Assembly: GCA_049997875.1 (NCBI GenBank)
Contig: JBEKRC010000002.1
Coordinates: 66,755 to 130,754 of the forward strand
Source: Minisyncoccia bacterium
GTDB lineage: Bacteria; Patescibacteriota; Minisyncoccia; UBA6257; 2-01-FULL-56-20
Direction: 5' to 3'
Length of the DNA: 64,000 bases
Both the position numbers and the translations under genes were made by a program. Shown one piece after another: positions 17,681-27,153 of this stretch; within the stretch, counting starts at the first letter, position 1; every line of letters begins with the position of its first letter. The notes below the pieces were generated by a model. It was not told the DNA's origin. It was given only the letters and a program-made list of their open reading frames with translations, and ran no database searches.

Positions 17681-18400
17681 ATGACGTCAACAAACAAGCT
17701 GGTCTTGGACATAGAAACGATAGGGGAGGAGTTTGAAAAACTTGACCGCGCGACGCAGGAAAATCTGACCCGTTGGATCAAAAAGGACTCCGAAAACGAG
17801 GAAGAGTACAAACGCGCGCTCACGGAGCTGAAGAATGGCCTCGGATTTTCGCCCCTGACGGGAGAGATTGTCGCCGTCGGCCTTTTGGATTATCACAAGA
17901 ACGAAGGCGGGGTGTATTATCAGGCGCCGGGCGAGCGCAACGAGGAGATAAAAGAGGGCGGCGTCTCGTTCAAGCAGATGGAGGAGGAGGAAATGCTCCG
18001 GAAATTCTGGGAACTCGCCACGCGCTATCAAGTGTTCATTACGTTCAACGGTCGCGCGTTTGACATACCGTTTTTGATGATCCGTTCCGCGATCAAGGGG
18101 GTGAAACCGACGAAGGATCTCATGCGCGGGCGATATCTCTACCAAAACAATCCCGAGGCGTTGCATATTGACCTTGCAGAACAGCTTTCATTCTATGGCG
18201 CGACGCGGCGAAAGGGGAGTTTGCATTTGTGGTCGCGCGCGTTCGGCATTCCGAGTCCGAAGTCCGGAGGCGTGACGGGCGACGACGTAGGGCCGCTTTT
18301 CAAAAAGAAAAAGTTTTTGGAAATCGCGCGGTACAATGTGGGGGATCTCCGCGCGACCCGCGAGCTCTACGCAAAGTGGGAACAGTATTTGAGTTTTTAG
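17681..18400 (+). CDS. Predicted 3'-5' exonuclease, RNase H-like/PolB-exonuclease-like (YprB-type)
   Basis: LVLDIETIG (Exo I), FNGRAFDIPFL, YNVGDLRATRELY (Exo III-like). Confidence 0.6.
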   Translation: MTSTNKLVLDIETIGEEFEKLDRATQENLTRWIKKDSENEEEYKRALTELKNGLGFSPLTGEIVAVGLLDYHKNEGGVYYQAPGERNEEIKEGGVSFKQMEEEEMLRKFWELATRYQVFITFNGRAFDIPFLMIRSAIKGVKPTKDLMRGRYLYQNNPEALHIDLAEQLSFYGATRRKGSLHLWSRAFGIPSPKSGGVTGDDVGPLFKKKKFLEIARYNVGDLRATRELYAKWEQYLSF

Positions 18401-18618
18401 AATGTTTTAATGGGCGGCGTGGTATCATTGCCCCGTGCAAAAATTGAAACGCTGGCTTGGGCTTCGCAAAAAGGAAGCCGTGTTCGGCGCGATCATTTTT
18501 CTCGCGTCTTCTTTGAGTTTCGGGCTTGGGTATCTCGCGAACCGGGAGTTCAATCATGCGTCTATCGTCATTGAAGCATGCGCCCATCCCGCGTCTTCCA
18601 GCACATCCTCAAAATAAA

Positions 18619-18644
18619 GGAAAACCCGCGTTATGCGGGTTTCC
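18619..18644 (-). terminator. Rho-independent terminator hairpin overlapping stop codon of 18631-19527 gene
   Basis: AAACCCGC-gttat-GCGGGTTT; minus strand followed by UUUAUUUUGAGG. Confidence 0.6.
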
Positions 18645-19527
18645 TTTGCTGATGCTGCTGTTGCGAGGGTTGCGGTTGTTGCGGGGGTTGGGGTGGTTTT
18701 CCGGTGGATACGCCGAGGGGTGTCGCTATGGCACTGGTTGCGATTGGCGCCGACGGTGATCCCACTGGCTTTGCGATGCTCGTAAGCGTGATGGCGGGTG
18801 CGGGGAGAGGCATGCTTTTCTCTTTCGTTTCTTCCTCTTCGTTTTCACCACTTGGCCAAAAAAGCCACGCAAGCACTGCGACGACCACAAGTGCGATTAC
18901 GCCGATGAGCGGCCAGTTTAAGTTCCAAAGCGACCAGGTCGTTCCCACCTGTGCGGTCTGCGGTGCCGCGCTTTCGGGATTCGTAGCCCCCGACGTTTGC
19001 GGCATCACTTGGGTGGACGTTTCCGGTGCGGGAACGGATGCTTGTACCTGTACTTGCGGAACAGGCGCGGCGGCTACGGCGGATGGTGACGAAACCGCGA
19101 GTGGAGCGGCGCTCGGATTCCCCGCGAGCGTTGCCCCAATCATTGCGAGCGTGGTGCCCACATCCTTCAACGTGGAGATGATGGCCCCTTCATGGCCTGC
19201 GATGATTTGTGGATTGCTCGCCAGGCTTGATTGAAGGCCCGTGAGCGCCGTAGAGAGCACGGAAAGCACATTCACAAGCGATGCAGCGTCTTCCGGCGTA
19301 AGCGACGATCCGAGGACGGCAGGCACCGGAGTTGGTGCGCCCGTCTGCGCGGCGGCCTGGGCCTGGAGCTCAAGCAATTCCGCCTTCATCGTAGTAAGCG
19401 ATTGTTGCAGTACGGCCGCCTGCGTTGGTGTGAGCGTATCATCGGCATGTGCGGCAACCGGACGCAATATTCCTCCAAAGCTCGCGATTGCAACCACGAA
19501 AAACAAAGTAATAAATAATTTTTTCAT
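18631..19527 (-). CDS. Secreted Ala/Pro/Gln-rich protein with C-terminal TM helix
   Basis: Signal MKKLFITLFFVVAIASFGG; TM WPLIGVIALVVVAVLAWLFW; PQPPQQPQPSQQQHQQ tail. Confidence 0.5.
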   Translation of the reverse strand: MKKLFITLFFVVAIASFGGILRPVAAHADDTLTPTQAAVLQQSLTTMKAELLELQAQAAAQTGAPTPVPAVLGSSLTPEDAASLVNVLSVLSTALTGLQSSLASNPQIIAGHEGAIISTLKDVGTTLAMIGATLAGNPSAAPLAVSSPSAVAAAPVPQVQVQASVPAPETSTQVMPQTSGATNPESAAPQTAQVGTTWSLWNLNWPLIGVIALVVVAVLAWLFWPSGENEEEETKEKSMPLPAPAITLTSIAKPVGSPSAPIATSAIATPLGVSTGKPPQPPQQPQPSQQQHQQRKPA

Positions 19528-19662
19528 GAGATTTATGCAATTTGACGGCCTTTGAAAACAAAACAGATTCGGCTATCAAGGAGCGTATGGAGAATGTCTC
19601 AAACGGCTACCGACATTATACAACCTTTCTAAAAATATAGAAAGCGCCTATAATAAGTCGTC

Positions 19663-21489
19663 ATGGAGCTGAGAAATATAGCTATCATCGCCCATGTGGA
19701 CCATGGGAAAACGACGCTCGTTGACGCGCTCTTGAAGCAGTCGGCGAACTTTAAGTTGAAGAGCGGCGCGGAAACGACGCTCATCATGGATACGAACGAA
19801 CTTGAACGCGAGCGGGGGATCACCATCTTTTCCAAGAATGCCGCGGTGATGTACAAGGGCGTAAAGATCAATATCGTGGATACGCCGGGCCACGCGGACT
19901 TCGGCGGCGAGGTGGAGCGCATCATGCGGATGGTGGACGGCGTACTGCTCCTTGTGGACGCAAAAGAAGGACCAATGCCGCAGACGAAGTTTGTTTTGAG
20001 GAAGGCGATACAGGCGGGACACAAAGTGATTGTCGTTATCAATAAGATTGACAAGCCGGATGCGCGGCCGGAGTGGGCGCTCAATGCCGCCTACGACCTC
20101 TTTTTTGAACTGGATGCGACGGAAGAGCAGATCGAATTTCCGGTTATCTACGCAGCCGCGCGTGAAGGAAAAGCGGGTTTTACGAAAGATCTTGCCGCGA
20201 TGAAAAATATTAAGCCGGTATTTGAGACGATCGTGAAATATATTCCCGCACCAAAAAAGAGCGGGATAGATGTTTTGCAGATGCTCACCGTGAACCTCGC
20301 GCACGACAATTATAAAGGCAAGATCGCCGTCGGGCGGCTTTATTCCGGTACGCTCAAAAAGGGAACGACCATCGCGCACGTGACGCGCTCGGGCGAGGTC
20401 AAAAAAGAAACGCTCACATCAGTCATGGTCTTTGACGGATTGAACCGTGTGGATGTGGACAAAGCTGAGGCGGGGGACGTCGTGGCGATCGCGGGGATTC
20501 CCGACATCACGATCGGCGAGACGATCACTGACCCCGATAATCCGATGCCCCTGCCCACGATTGCAATTGACGAGCCGACGATCAAAATGACCTTTGGCGT
20601 GAACACGTCGCCCTTCCGCGGCAAGGAAGGGAAATATACGACCTCGCGCAACCTCAAAGAGCGCTTGGAGAAAGAACTGGAAACCGATGTGGCGCTCAAA
20701 GTGAAGCCGCTCACGGCCGACGCCCGGAGCGGCGTCGGCCAATGGGAAGTCGCCGGGCGTGGCGAGCTCCACCTCGCGATCCTCATTGAAAAGATGCGGC
20801 GCGAAGGGTTTGAGTTGGAGGTTTCCAAGCCGCAGGTGATCTTCAAAGAGAAAGGCGGCAAAAAATTGGAGCCGATGGAACTTGTCTCCATTGAAGTGCC
20901 CGAACAATATTCCGGCATCGTGATTGAAATGATGGGCAAGCGCCTCGGCACGATGAAGAACATGCGCATGGACGATAAAAAGAATTCGTTTATGGATTTT
21001 GAGATCCCCACGCGGGGTCTCATCGGTATCCGCAACAAGTTCCTCACCGCGACAAAGGGCACCGGCATTATGAACAGCATTTTCTTGGGCTACAAACCTT
21101 ATAAGGGTGACATCACGTCCATCCCGCACGGTTCCATCGTTGCCACCCAAGCAGGTCAGTCAAACAATTACGGGCTCGTCACGGCACAGGGGAGGGGAAC
21201 GCTTTTTATCGGCCCCGGCGTCGCGGTCTACGAAGGTATGGTGGTGGGGGAGAACGCAAAAGACGGCGACGTACACGTCCATGTGGCGCGCGAGAAGCAA
21301 CTCACGAACTTCCGCGCAAAGAACGAGGGACTCGCCACGCAGCTTGAAGTCCCTCTCACGCTATCGTTGGAGGATGCGCTGGACTACATCGGCGACGACG
21401 AACTCGTGGAAGTGACGCCGGCGAGCATCCGCATCCGGAAACAATATCTCACGGAAAACGAACGGAAAAAAGCAGAGAGGGGCGGATAG
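19663..21489 (+). CDS. typA: Translational GTPase TypA/BipA
   Basis: NIAIIAHVDHGKTTLVDALLKQS...DTPGHADFGGEVER; 608 aa. Confidence 0.95.
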   Translation: MELRNIAIIAHVDHGKTTLVDALLKQSANFKLKSGAETTLIMDTNELERERGITIFSKNAAVMYKGVKINIVDTPGHADFGGEVERIMRMVDGVLLLVDAKEGPMPQTKFVLRKAIQAGHKVIVVINKIDKPDARPEWALNAAYDLFFELDATEEQIEFPVIYAAAREGKAGFTKDLAAMKNIKPVFETIVKYIPAPKKSGIDVLQMLTVNLAHDNYKGKIAVGRLYSGTLKKGTTIAHVTRSGEVKKETLTSVMVFDGLNRVDVDKAEAGDVVAIAGIPDITIGETITDPDNPMPLPTIAIDEPTIKMTFGVNTSPFRGKEGKYTTSRNLKERLEKELETDVALKVKPLTADARSGVGQWEVAGRGELHLAILIEKMRREGFELEVSKPQVIFKEKGGKKLEPMELVSIEVPEQYSGIVIEMMGKRLGTMKNMRMDDKKNSFMDFEIPTRGLIGIRNKFLTATKGTGIMNSIFLGYKPYKGDITSIPHGSIVATQAGQSNNYGLVTAQGRGTLFIGPGVAVYEGMVVGENAKDGDVHVHVAREKQLTNFRAKNEGLATQLEVPLTLSLEDALDYIGDDELVEVTPASIRIRKQYLTENERKKAERGG

Positions 21490-21810
21490 TCTCCCGACAT
21501 CGCGCCCGGGTGGCACGCCGAAACTTCTCGGCGGCCGTATCGTTTCGTTAGTCCGGAGTCATCAAAATGTTCAAGGAAATCACGAAACGATCGTCGCCGA
21601 TTTTTGCCTCAATATGTAGCGCGCATGGGGCTCACGGAAGGGATTGAGATCGTGCGTTCAAGCTCGGAGAGCGTTCGCAAGCAGGCTATTCCCAATGGCC
21701 CAAACATATCGCGCGGACCATGCTTGAGTACGAGCATTTCACGCGGGAGCCCGTCGGATAGGCGTGGCCTCCACGTCGTCGTTTTGGTTCTGAGGGGAAA
21801 GAAAAAGGCA

Positions 21811-21836
21811 GCCCGATGGAGAACAAACCATCGGGC
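21811..21836 (-). terminator. Terminator hairpin downstream of 21856-22560 gene
   Basis: GCCCGATGG-agaacaaa-CCATCGGGC; minus strand followed by CCUUUUUCUUUCC. Confidence 0.55.
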
Positions 21837-21855
21837 TCAAAATCGTTAGCTCGTG

Positions 21856-22560
21856 TTAGCGGAGGAGCTTGCCCGGTATCTTGATAACGTGGGCAAATTT
21901 CGGCTCCGCCGCAATGTCTTTGATCAAAAACTCAGCCACATCGCCGTCAATCTGGCGCAGCTTCGTGAGTTCCACAATAAGCAGCTTCTCAGTGGTGTAA
22001 GCTTCGTCTTCTGAAGCCCCCACGAGATGCAGCCATTCATGTTGAAACCACAGCCAGATCACAGGCTTCACCTGCCTCCCTTTTCCGACTCTCTGGAGCG
22101 GGTAGATTACGCTCTCGAGTAGTCGTTGCTCGTTAGCGTAAATCGGCAAGACAGTCCCGAAAGTGAACATAATCGGCCTTTCGAGCTTCCTTGTCTCACC
22201 CTTATCAAGGAAAGTGAAGTCACGCTTAGCCTCTACTAGCACCACGCCATCGTAAGCCCATGCCTCCTGATTCTTTGCGATCAGTTCGCGCACGACGGCG
22301 TGCGACGGGCTTACATTTTTGGGAACGGGATCATAGGCAGCCGCCCCCTCAATTATCTCGGCGGTTTCCTTATGGCCCTTAAGCTGTTTGAGTTGAGAAC
22401 GATCACAGCCAAAGGTTCCCCGCCGGCAGGTTTCGAACGGCCCCAGCACTTCCCCAATCGAGAGTCCACTCCCATACCGCTGAAAGCGTGGCCGCATCTG
22501 GGCGCGCAAAAAAGAAGAAATTCCAACAAGAATAATGATGACAACAACCCATATCCGCAT
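21856..22560 (-). CDS. Membrane-anchored protein with possible NERD/PD-(D/E)xK nuclease fold
   Basis: N-terminal TM IWVVVIIILVGISSFL; D-x5-E-A-K (YDGVVLVEAKRD) resembling NERD/restriction-endonuclease-like core. Confidence 0.4.
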   Translation of the reverse strand: MRIWVVVIIILVGISSFLRAQMRPRFQRYGSGLSIGEVLGPFETCRRGTFGCDRSQLKQLKGHKETAEIIEGAAAYDPVPKNVSPSHAVVRELIAKNQEAWAYDGVVLVEAKRDFTFLDKGETRKLERPIMFTFGTVLPIYANEQRLLESVIYPLQRVGKGRQVKPVIWLWFQHEWLHLVGASEDEAYTTEKLLIVELTKLRQIDGDVAEFLIKDIAAEPKFAHVIKIPGKLLR

Positions 22561-22673
22561 AAGTCCTCCTCCGATAGATTCTGAGCTTCAGAATACCTGA
22601 TTAAATTATAAAGTAAACACTTACAGAAGTGGTGGCCATCTGGTACGAAGTTGGAACCGCTTTGGCAACGCAA

Positions 22674-22693
22674 AAGGGGACCATTGCTGGTCC
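22674..22693 (-). terminator. Terminator hairpin after 22720-23253 gene
   Basis: GGGGACCA-ttgc-TGGTCCCC; minus strand followed by UUUUGCG. Confidence 0.55.
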
Positions 22694-22719
22694 CCTTGGC
22701 TGATTTCCGATGAAACGTC

Positions 22720-23253
22720 TTAGCGAACCTTAAATCCAAGTCGATGGAGAAGGCGCGGCAGCCGATTCTGCGCCTCGAGAACCTTCTTGGGAATGTCGTC
22801 CCTGAATTGGCCCTGTGAAGCCCAGAGGGCAATCTGGACGTTGGGGTAGAGCCTGATCCATATGCGTCGCACAAGAGCGCACTTCTCCTCGATGACTTTC
22901 GTTGGACTTATGAAACTCTCTGGAAGCTTCGCGCAGAGTGTTTCGTCCGTAAGGGTGAATTCCCTGCGGCTGCTCATTGTCCCGATGTGCTCGTCGAAGT
23001 ACATACAGCCGAATTCGAGTCGGTTCTCGCGCTCGCAGAACCGACGAGCGTCGCTGGGAGGAAGGGGAAGGAGTCCGTCCAAAAGTTCTTGGAGGTCCTC
23101 GGCCGATCGTGTTCCAGACTTCGGGGCGATGTAAATGTTGACTTCTTGGCAACCCCCCTCTTCAACGGGATCCCAATAAGGTTCGAAGATGTCGACAACC
23201 ACGATCTTTCGGTCGTCGAACAGAGTTTCTTTGATGTCCAGGTATATGCTCAT
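22720..23253 (-). CDS. Hypothetical protein, unknown family (paralog of 37313-37882)
   Basis: TATAAT + AGGAGG upstream; REFTLTDETLCAKLP, IWIRLYPNVQIALWASQGQF, RLPRLLHRLGF shared with 37313-37882 product. Confidence 0.55.
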   Translation of the reverse strand: MSIYLDIKETLFDDRKIVVVDIFEPYWDPVEEGGCQEVNIYIAPKSGTRSAEDLQELLDGLLPLPPSDARRFCERENRLEFGCMYFDEHIGTMSSRREFTLTDETLCAKLPESFISPTKVIEEKCALVRRIWIRLYPNVQIALWASQGQFRDDIPKKVLEAQNRLPRLLHRLGFKVR

Positions 23254-23376
23254 ATACGACCTCCTAATGTCGTAATCGAAATCGATTTGTAATCAAACTG
23301 AGATTCGCTCAGCTGAATACATTATAGCATTACTTACAGAGAGCGTCAAGTGCTGGCAGTCTTGGATTCGAACTGT

Positions 23377-24159
23377 TTATAAATATCCCACTTTCTTCAG
23401 CCAGAAATCGTTCTCCCATTCCCAAAGTTTTTTCGCGCCCAGGAATGCTTCAAAGTCGTTCTGCCAGTAGGGGAATTCCTTGAGTTCTATCTCGCCCATG
23501 AGTGGGCCCCAATCGTGGTCGCAGTTCCGCTGGGCCGCCGCGCGGCCGTTGCCGTTCTTCCAATCAACGCGCACTTTTTCTCGGCCGCCCTTCACGCGCC
23601 GCACGGCGCCGCACCGCTCACACTTCTGGATCTGATCAATACGCAGGATCCACCGCGTCTGCAGATTTCTGAATTGCGATTTCAGGGCATCCATGTACGC
23701 GGAGGTCTGCAGGCAATAGTCCCTATAGATTGCCTGCGAGGTCTTGATGTCCAGGACGCCAAGCCGACCGCCGATCAAGGCGATCGCATCCACCGTGCCC
23801 GCGTAGCGGTGGTCGTAGTTTACGATGCGGCGTTCCACAAGCTCGGGCGACACCTCTATGTTGTTGGTGGCGAAGAATTCCTGGAACGACTTCACCGCCG
23901 GCGCGATCTCGGCCGGGATCTCCGGATTTTTCCCAAGAAGTAATCCTTCCACCGCCTCGTGGATCATCGTGCCTTCCTTTGCCGACTGCTCCGTGATATC
24001 CTGCGCGGCTTTGTAGCTCGCCGCCTCGCCGTAATACCGGTAAAGCGCGGGCTTGGACTTAATCGTCACAATTTTCGTCACGCGCGGGTACCAAACGCCG
24101 TCAATCGTGTAGCCCGACTTCTCCTTGAAATCGTTAACGTCCTTATAGTCGCCGAACAT
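23377..24159 (-). CDS. RecB-family PD-(D/E)xK nuclease (Cas4/phage-exonuclease-like) with C-terminal Cys cluster
   Basis: GTVDAIALIGGRLGVLDIKTSQAIY (D...DxK followed by QxxxY); Cys at CERCG...NCDHDWG. Confidence 0.55.
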   Translation of the reverse strand: MFGDYKDVNDFKEKSGYTIDGVWYPRVTKIVTIKSKPALYRYYGEAASYKAAQDITEQSAKEGTMIHEAVEGLLLGKNPEIPAEIAPAVKSFQEFFATNNIEVSPELVERRIVNYDHRYAGTVDAIALIGGRLGVLDIKTSQAIYRDYCLQTSAYMDALKSQFRNLQTRWILRIDQIQKCERCGAVRRVKGGREKVRVDWKNGNGRAAAQRNCDHDWGPLMGEIELKEFPYWQNDFEAFLGAKKLWEWENDFWLKKVGYL

Positions 24160-24226
24160 GGTGAAATCATAACAAGAAACGTTGTAAAAAGCAGTAGCTT
24201 GACGAAGTTCTCATAGGCGTGCTAGA

Positions 24227-24267
24227 GGCCCCTCGTCCGTTGGAGACACATGCACGCGGACGAGGGG
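24227..24267. terminator. Strong hairpin between nuclease gene and murC; T-run on plus side
   Basis: GCCCCTCGTCCG-17nt-CGGACGAGGGGC then gattaatttttta. Confidence 0.35.
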
Positions 24268-24278
24268 CGATTAATTTT

Positions 24279-25655
24279 TTAGAAACTGGTTTTCACCAAA
24301 GAGTCAGTGAGACTCACGATGTCGCCGGCGCCCATCATGATGATGACGTATCGCGAGAGGGGAGTGGCGAGCGTGCGGATGGCATTTTTGAGATTGCGCG
24401 GGTTCGCAAGATAGAAAAATGGTTTCTGAGACTCGCGTTTTTGGATCGCGCGGGCGAGCGCTGCCGAATCAAAACGGCTGGACCGTTGATCGCGGCCAGT
24501 TACCTTATAAATAGGGAGAAGAATGGCTTTGTCCGCGCCGGCAAAGCAGGTTGTGAATTCCTTAAAGAGCGCGGCCAAGCGCTTTGCCTGATGGGGTTGG
24601 AAAATACAGAGGATCTTCTTTTGCGGATATTTTTCATGGAATGCTTGGAGGGTCGCCTTAATCTCCGTCGGGTGGTGCGCATAATCGTCGTAGACGGGCG
24701 CGCCGCGCCGGGCGCCTTTGCCGCCGGCGTCGTTGAATTGGCCGCGATATTCCATTCGCCGCCATGCGCCGCGGTACGCGCCGATCGCGGCGAGGACTTT
24801 CTTTTCTGAGACACCCAGCACTTTCCCAAGTTTATAAACAGCAACCGCATTTGAAACGTTGTGCACGCCGGGAATCTGGATAGCGTGTTTTATTTTTGGA
24901 ACCTCCGAATCGAGGAGTGAATACCAAATGACATGTATATTTTTTCTACGGGCGATTGCCGCAACCGACATGCGTAGCGAAAAAAGATTTTTGTCGTCAC
25001 GATTCAAAATGAACGTTCCGCCCACCCGAGCGCTTTCAAGGAATTGTAAAAATGCCTTTTTCAGATTGGAAAATGTTTTATAAAAATCAAGGTGTTCGCG
25101 GTCTATGTTCGTCACGATGGCGATCATAGGGGAGTAGTGCGTAAATGCCGCGCCAAAATCGTCGGCTTCAAGCACCAAGTACTCGCCGCGCCCCACGCGA
25201 ATGTTTTTGCCCCCGAGTTCTTTTAGGTTCGTGCCAACCAAAATGGTGGGGTCAAGGCCGCCCTTCACGAGCGCGAGTCCCGCAAGCGAGGTCGTCGTGC
25301 TCTTGCCGTGCGAGCCGGTGATCGCGATTGTTACGTATTTTTTCGTGATCTCGCCCAGCACTTCGGCATAGGGGAGCACGAGGAGTCCCAAAGCCCTGGC
25401 CGCCGCGATTTCAGGATTATCTTTGGAAATGGCTCTATTATAGACCACCAAGTCCGTGTTGGCCGGCAAATAGCCCTTTTTATGCCCAATTTTGACATTT
25501 ACGCCGTCTTTTATGAGGGAATCGGTAATCTGGCTTCTTGCCGCATCCGACCCCGAAACAGCCCATTTTTCAGAAATGAAATAGCGGGCCAAGGCACTCA
25601 TTCCAATGCCGCCGATGCCTATAAAATGAACTTTATTTTGCGACAGATGCGCCAT
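24279..25655 (-). CDS. murC: UDP-N-acetylmuramate--L-alanine ligase
   Basis: HFIGIGGIGMSALARYF...ITGSHGKSTTTSL. Confidence 0.95.
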   Translation of the reverse strand: MAHLSQNKVHFIGIGGIGMSALARYFISEKWAVSGSDAARSQITDSLIKDGVNVKIGHKKGYLPANTDLVVYNRAISKDNPEIAAARALGLLVLPYAEVLGEITKKYVTIAITGSHGKSTTTSLAGLALVKGGLDPTILVGTNLKELGGKNIRVGRGEYLVLEADDFGAAFTHYSPMIAIVTNIDREHLDFYKTFSNLKKAFLQFLESARVGGTFILNRDDKNLFSLRMSVAAIARRKNIHVIWYSLLDSEVPKIKHAIQIPGVHNVSNAVAVYKLGKVLGVSEKKVLAAIGAYRGAWRRMEYRGQFNDAGGKGARRGAPVYDDYAHHPTEIKATLQAFHEKYPQKKILCIFQPHQAKRLAALFKEFTTCFAGADKAILLPIYKVTGRDQRSSRFDSAALARAIQKRESQKPFFYLANPRNLKNAIRTLATPLSRYVIIMMGAGDIVSLTDSLVKTSF

Positions 25656-25671
25656 CTTTTTTTATTTACCC

Positions 25672-26289
25672 CTACTTGTAGGTAGTCCCCAAATATGACA
25701 GGGGATCAAGGTCATGGCCGGTCGGATCCGGACCGCAGCCGTTGCGCGGGGTCATGGAAAATCCATTCTCGTCAAAAATGGAGAAGTGAAGATGAGTGCC
25801 GGTTTCAAAGCCAGTTGCGCCCACAGAGCCGATCAGAGTGCCTTTTTTGACCACGCTACCGGGCGAGACGGAGATCGTACCGAGGTGCGCGAACCAGAGT
25901 ATAAGGTGGTTCACCGCGTCGTCTACGGCCACATATTTTCCAAAGCCGCGCTGCGGACAGTAATCGTCCTGGTTGCCGGTCGCGAGCACCGTTCCTCCGC
26001 CAGGGGAGTAGATCGGCGCACCGTAGGCGGCTGCGATATCAATGCCATCGTGCCATCCGTTCGGATACTCGTACGAAAACGACGTATGACCGTATCCCTG
26101 CGTAATATAACTTCTGCCACTACCGTTCTTGTCAAACAAACCGAAATCGATGGAGGTAAGCTGGTTTGCGCTGCTACCGGATTGATACGCGCGCACCAAC
26201 CCGCCCGAGGCAAAAAAATTTCCTATCGCGACGATGACCGTGAGCGCACAAAATATTGCGAGCGCCCCAACAATGATTTTCCCCGTCAT
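25672..26289 (-). CDS. Peptidase M23 (LytM domain) with N-terminal TM
   Basis: GWHDGIDIAAAYGAPIYSPGGGTV...GTHLHFSIF. Confidence 0.85.
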   Translation of the reverse strand: MTGKIIVGALAIFCALTVIVAIGNFFASGGLVRAYQSGSSANQLTSIDFGLFDKNGSGRSYITQGYGHTSFSYEYPNGWHDGIDIAAAYGAPIYSPGGGTVLATGNQDDYCPQRGFGKYVAVDDAVNHLILWFAHLGTISVSPGSVVKKGTLIGSVGATGFETGTHLHFSIFDENGFSMTPRNGCGPDPTGHDLDPLSYLGTTYK

Positions 26290-26721
26290 GGCTTCTTTAT
26301 CTTATAGTAACGCCGGCCCGGCAGGGAAGGATACCTGCGCCAGATGCTACATGTCGCACAATATACCTTTCCAGACGGATAAACCGCTCAAGCTAATTTA
26401 TCTCCTGCATTTAACCATTTCCAATCAGCTTTTCTCTTACTCTTGATGGGCTTCATCTCCTCGTGAATTTCACACAACCGGCGTCGATCGGTTTCATTCA
26501 TATTAATTTTTGAAAATCCTATCTGTTGCTTTGTCCTCAAAATGTTGATTTGTTGATTTTTGTACAGAATCATTAATGCCTCTTTCCACAATAAAAAATC
26601 CTTCCGCTTTTGGGCACGCAAGGGATATTTTTCAAAAAATATAATCCCCCGGCAACATTTCCATGCTGCCACTATACAAAAAAGATATTAAAAAGTCCTA
26701 AAGTTTTGATTAAAACAACTC

Positions 26722-27135
26722 CTACCGAAGGAACCCCAAAAGCCACCTGACTATGCTCTCTGCGATGCCGAGTACCCAAAGAAGAATATTCAAAATGAAG
26801 ACAAGGAATCCGGAGATGCGGAATCCGGCGACACCGTAAAACCAGTCATCAAATTGCTGAAAAACGTTTTGAGCGCTCGTCGTGAGGAATTGCGTTTGTG
26901 GAGCGGATAGATTGAGCTGCGGTATTGCTCCTTTCCCCACTGAGCCGATGCTGTTCAAGAAATTCTGGATTGGCGAGAGTAAGCTGCCAAAGTTCAAGCC
27001 CGATTGGCTTTGTGGAGTTCCTTGAAGCGAATACGCTCCCACGGTTTGTGCGGTTTCTAAGGAAGTCATCGTGGCAACACAAACGGCGATAACCGCCATT
27101 ATCACAAGCGCACGCGCTCTTCGCCGCCACAACAT
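26722..27135 (-). CDS. Small membrane protein (signal/TM at N-terminus and C-terminal TM), unknown
   Basis: ALVIMAVIAVCVATMTS and GFLVFILNILLWVLGIAESI. Confidence 0.45.
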   Translation of the reverse strand: MLWRRRARALVIMAVIAVCVATMTSLETAQTVGAYSLQGTPQSQSGLNFGSLLSPIQNFLNSIGSVGKGAIPQLNLSAPQTQFLTTSAQNVFQQFDDWFYGVAGFRISGFLVFILNILLWVLGIAESIVRWLLGFLR

Positions 27136-27153
27136 GGTTTCATTATACCATAT

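Noticed and set aside
21490-21800. 300-nt gap after typA as an ncRNA (10-bp inverted repeat ATCGTTTCGT...ACGAAACGAT with 36-nt loop)
   Set aside because: Single imperfectly supported stem; no recognisable RNA family features; more simply the 3' UTR plus the terminator of the convergent gene
26388-26672. 94-aa ORF in the AT-rich spacer
   Set aside because: Lys/Asn/Ile-rich composition mirrors the AT-richness; no RBS; likely non-coding
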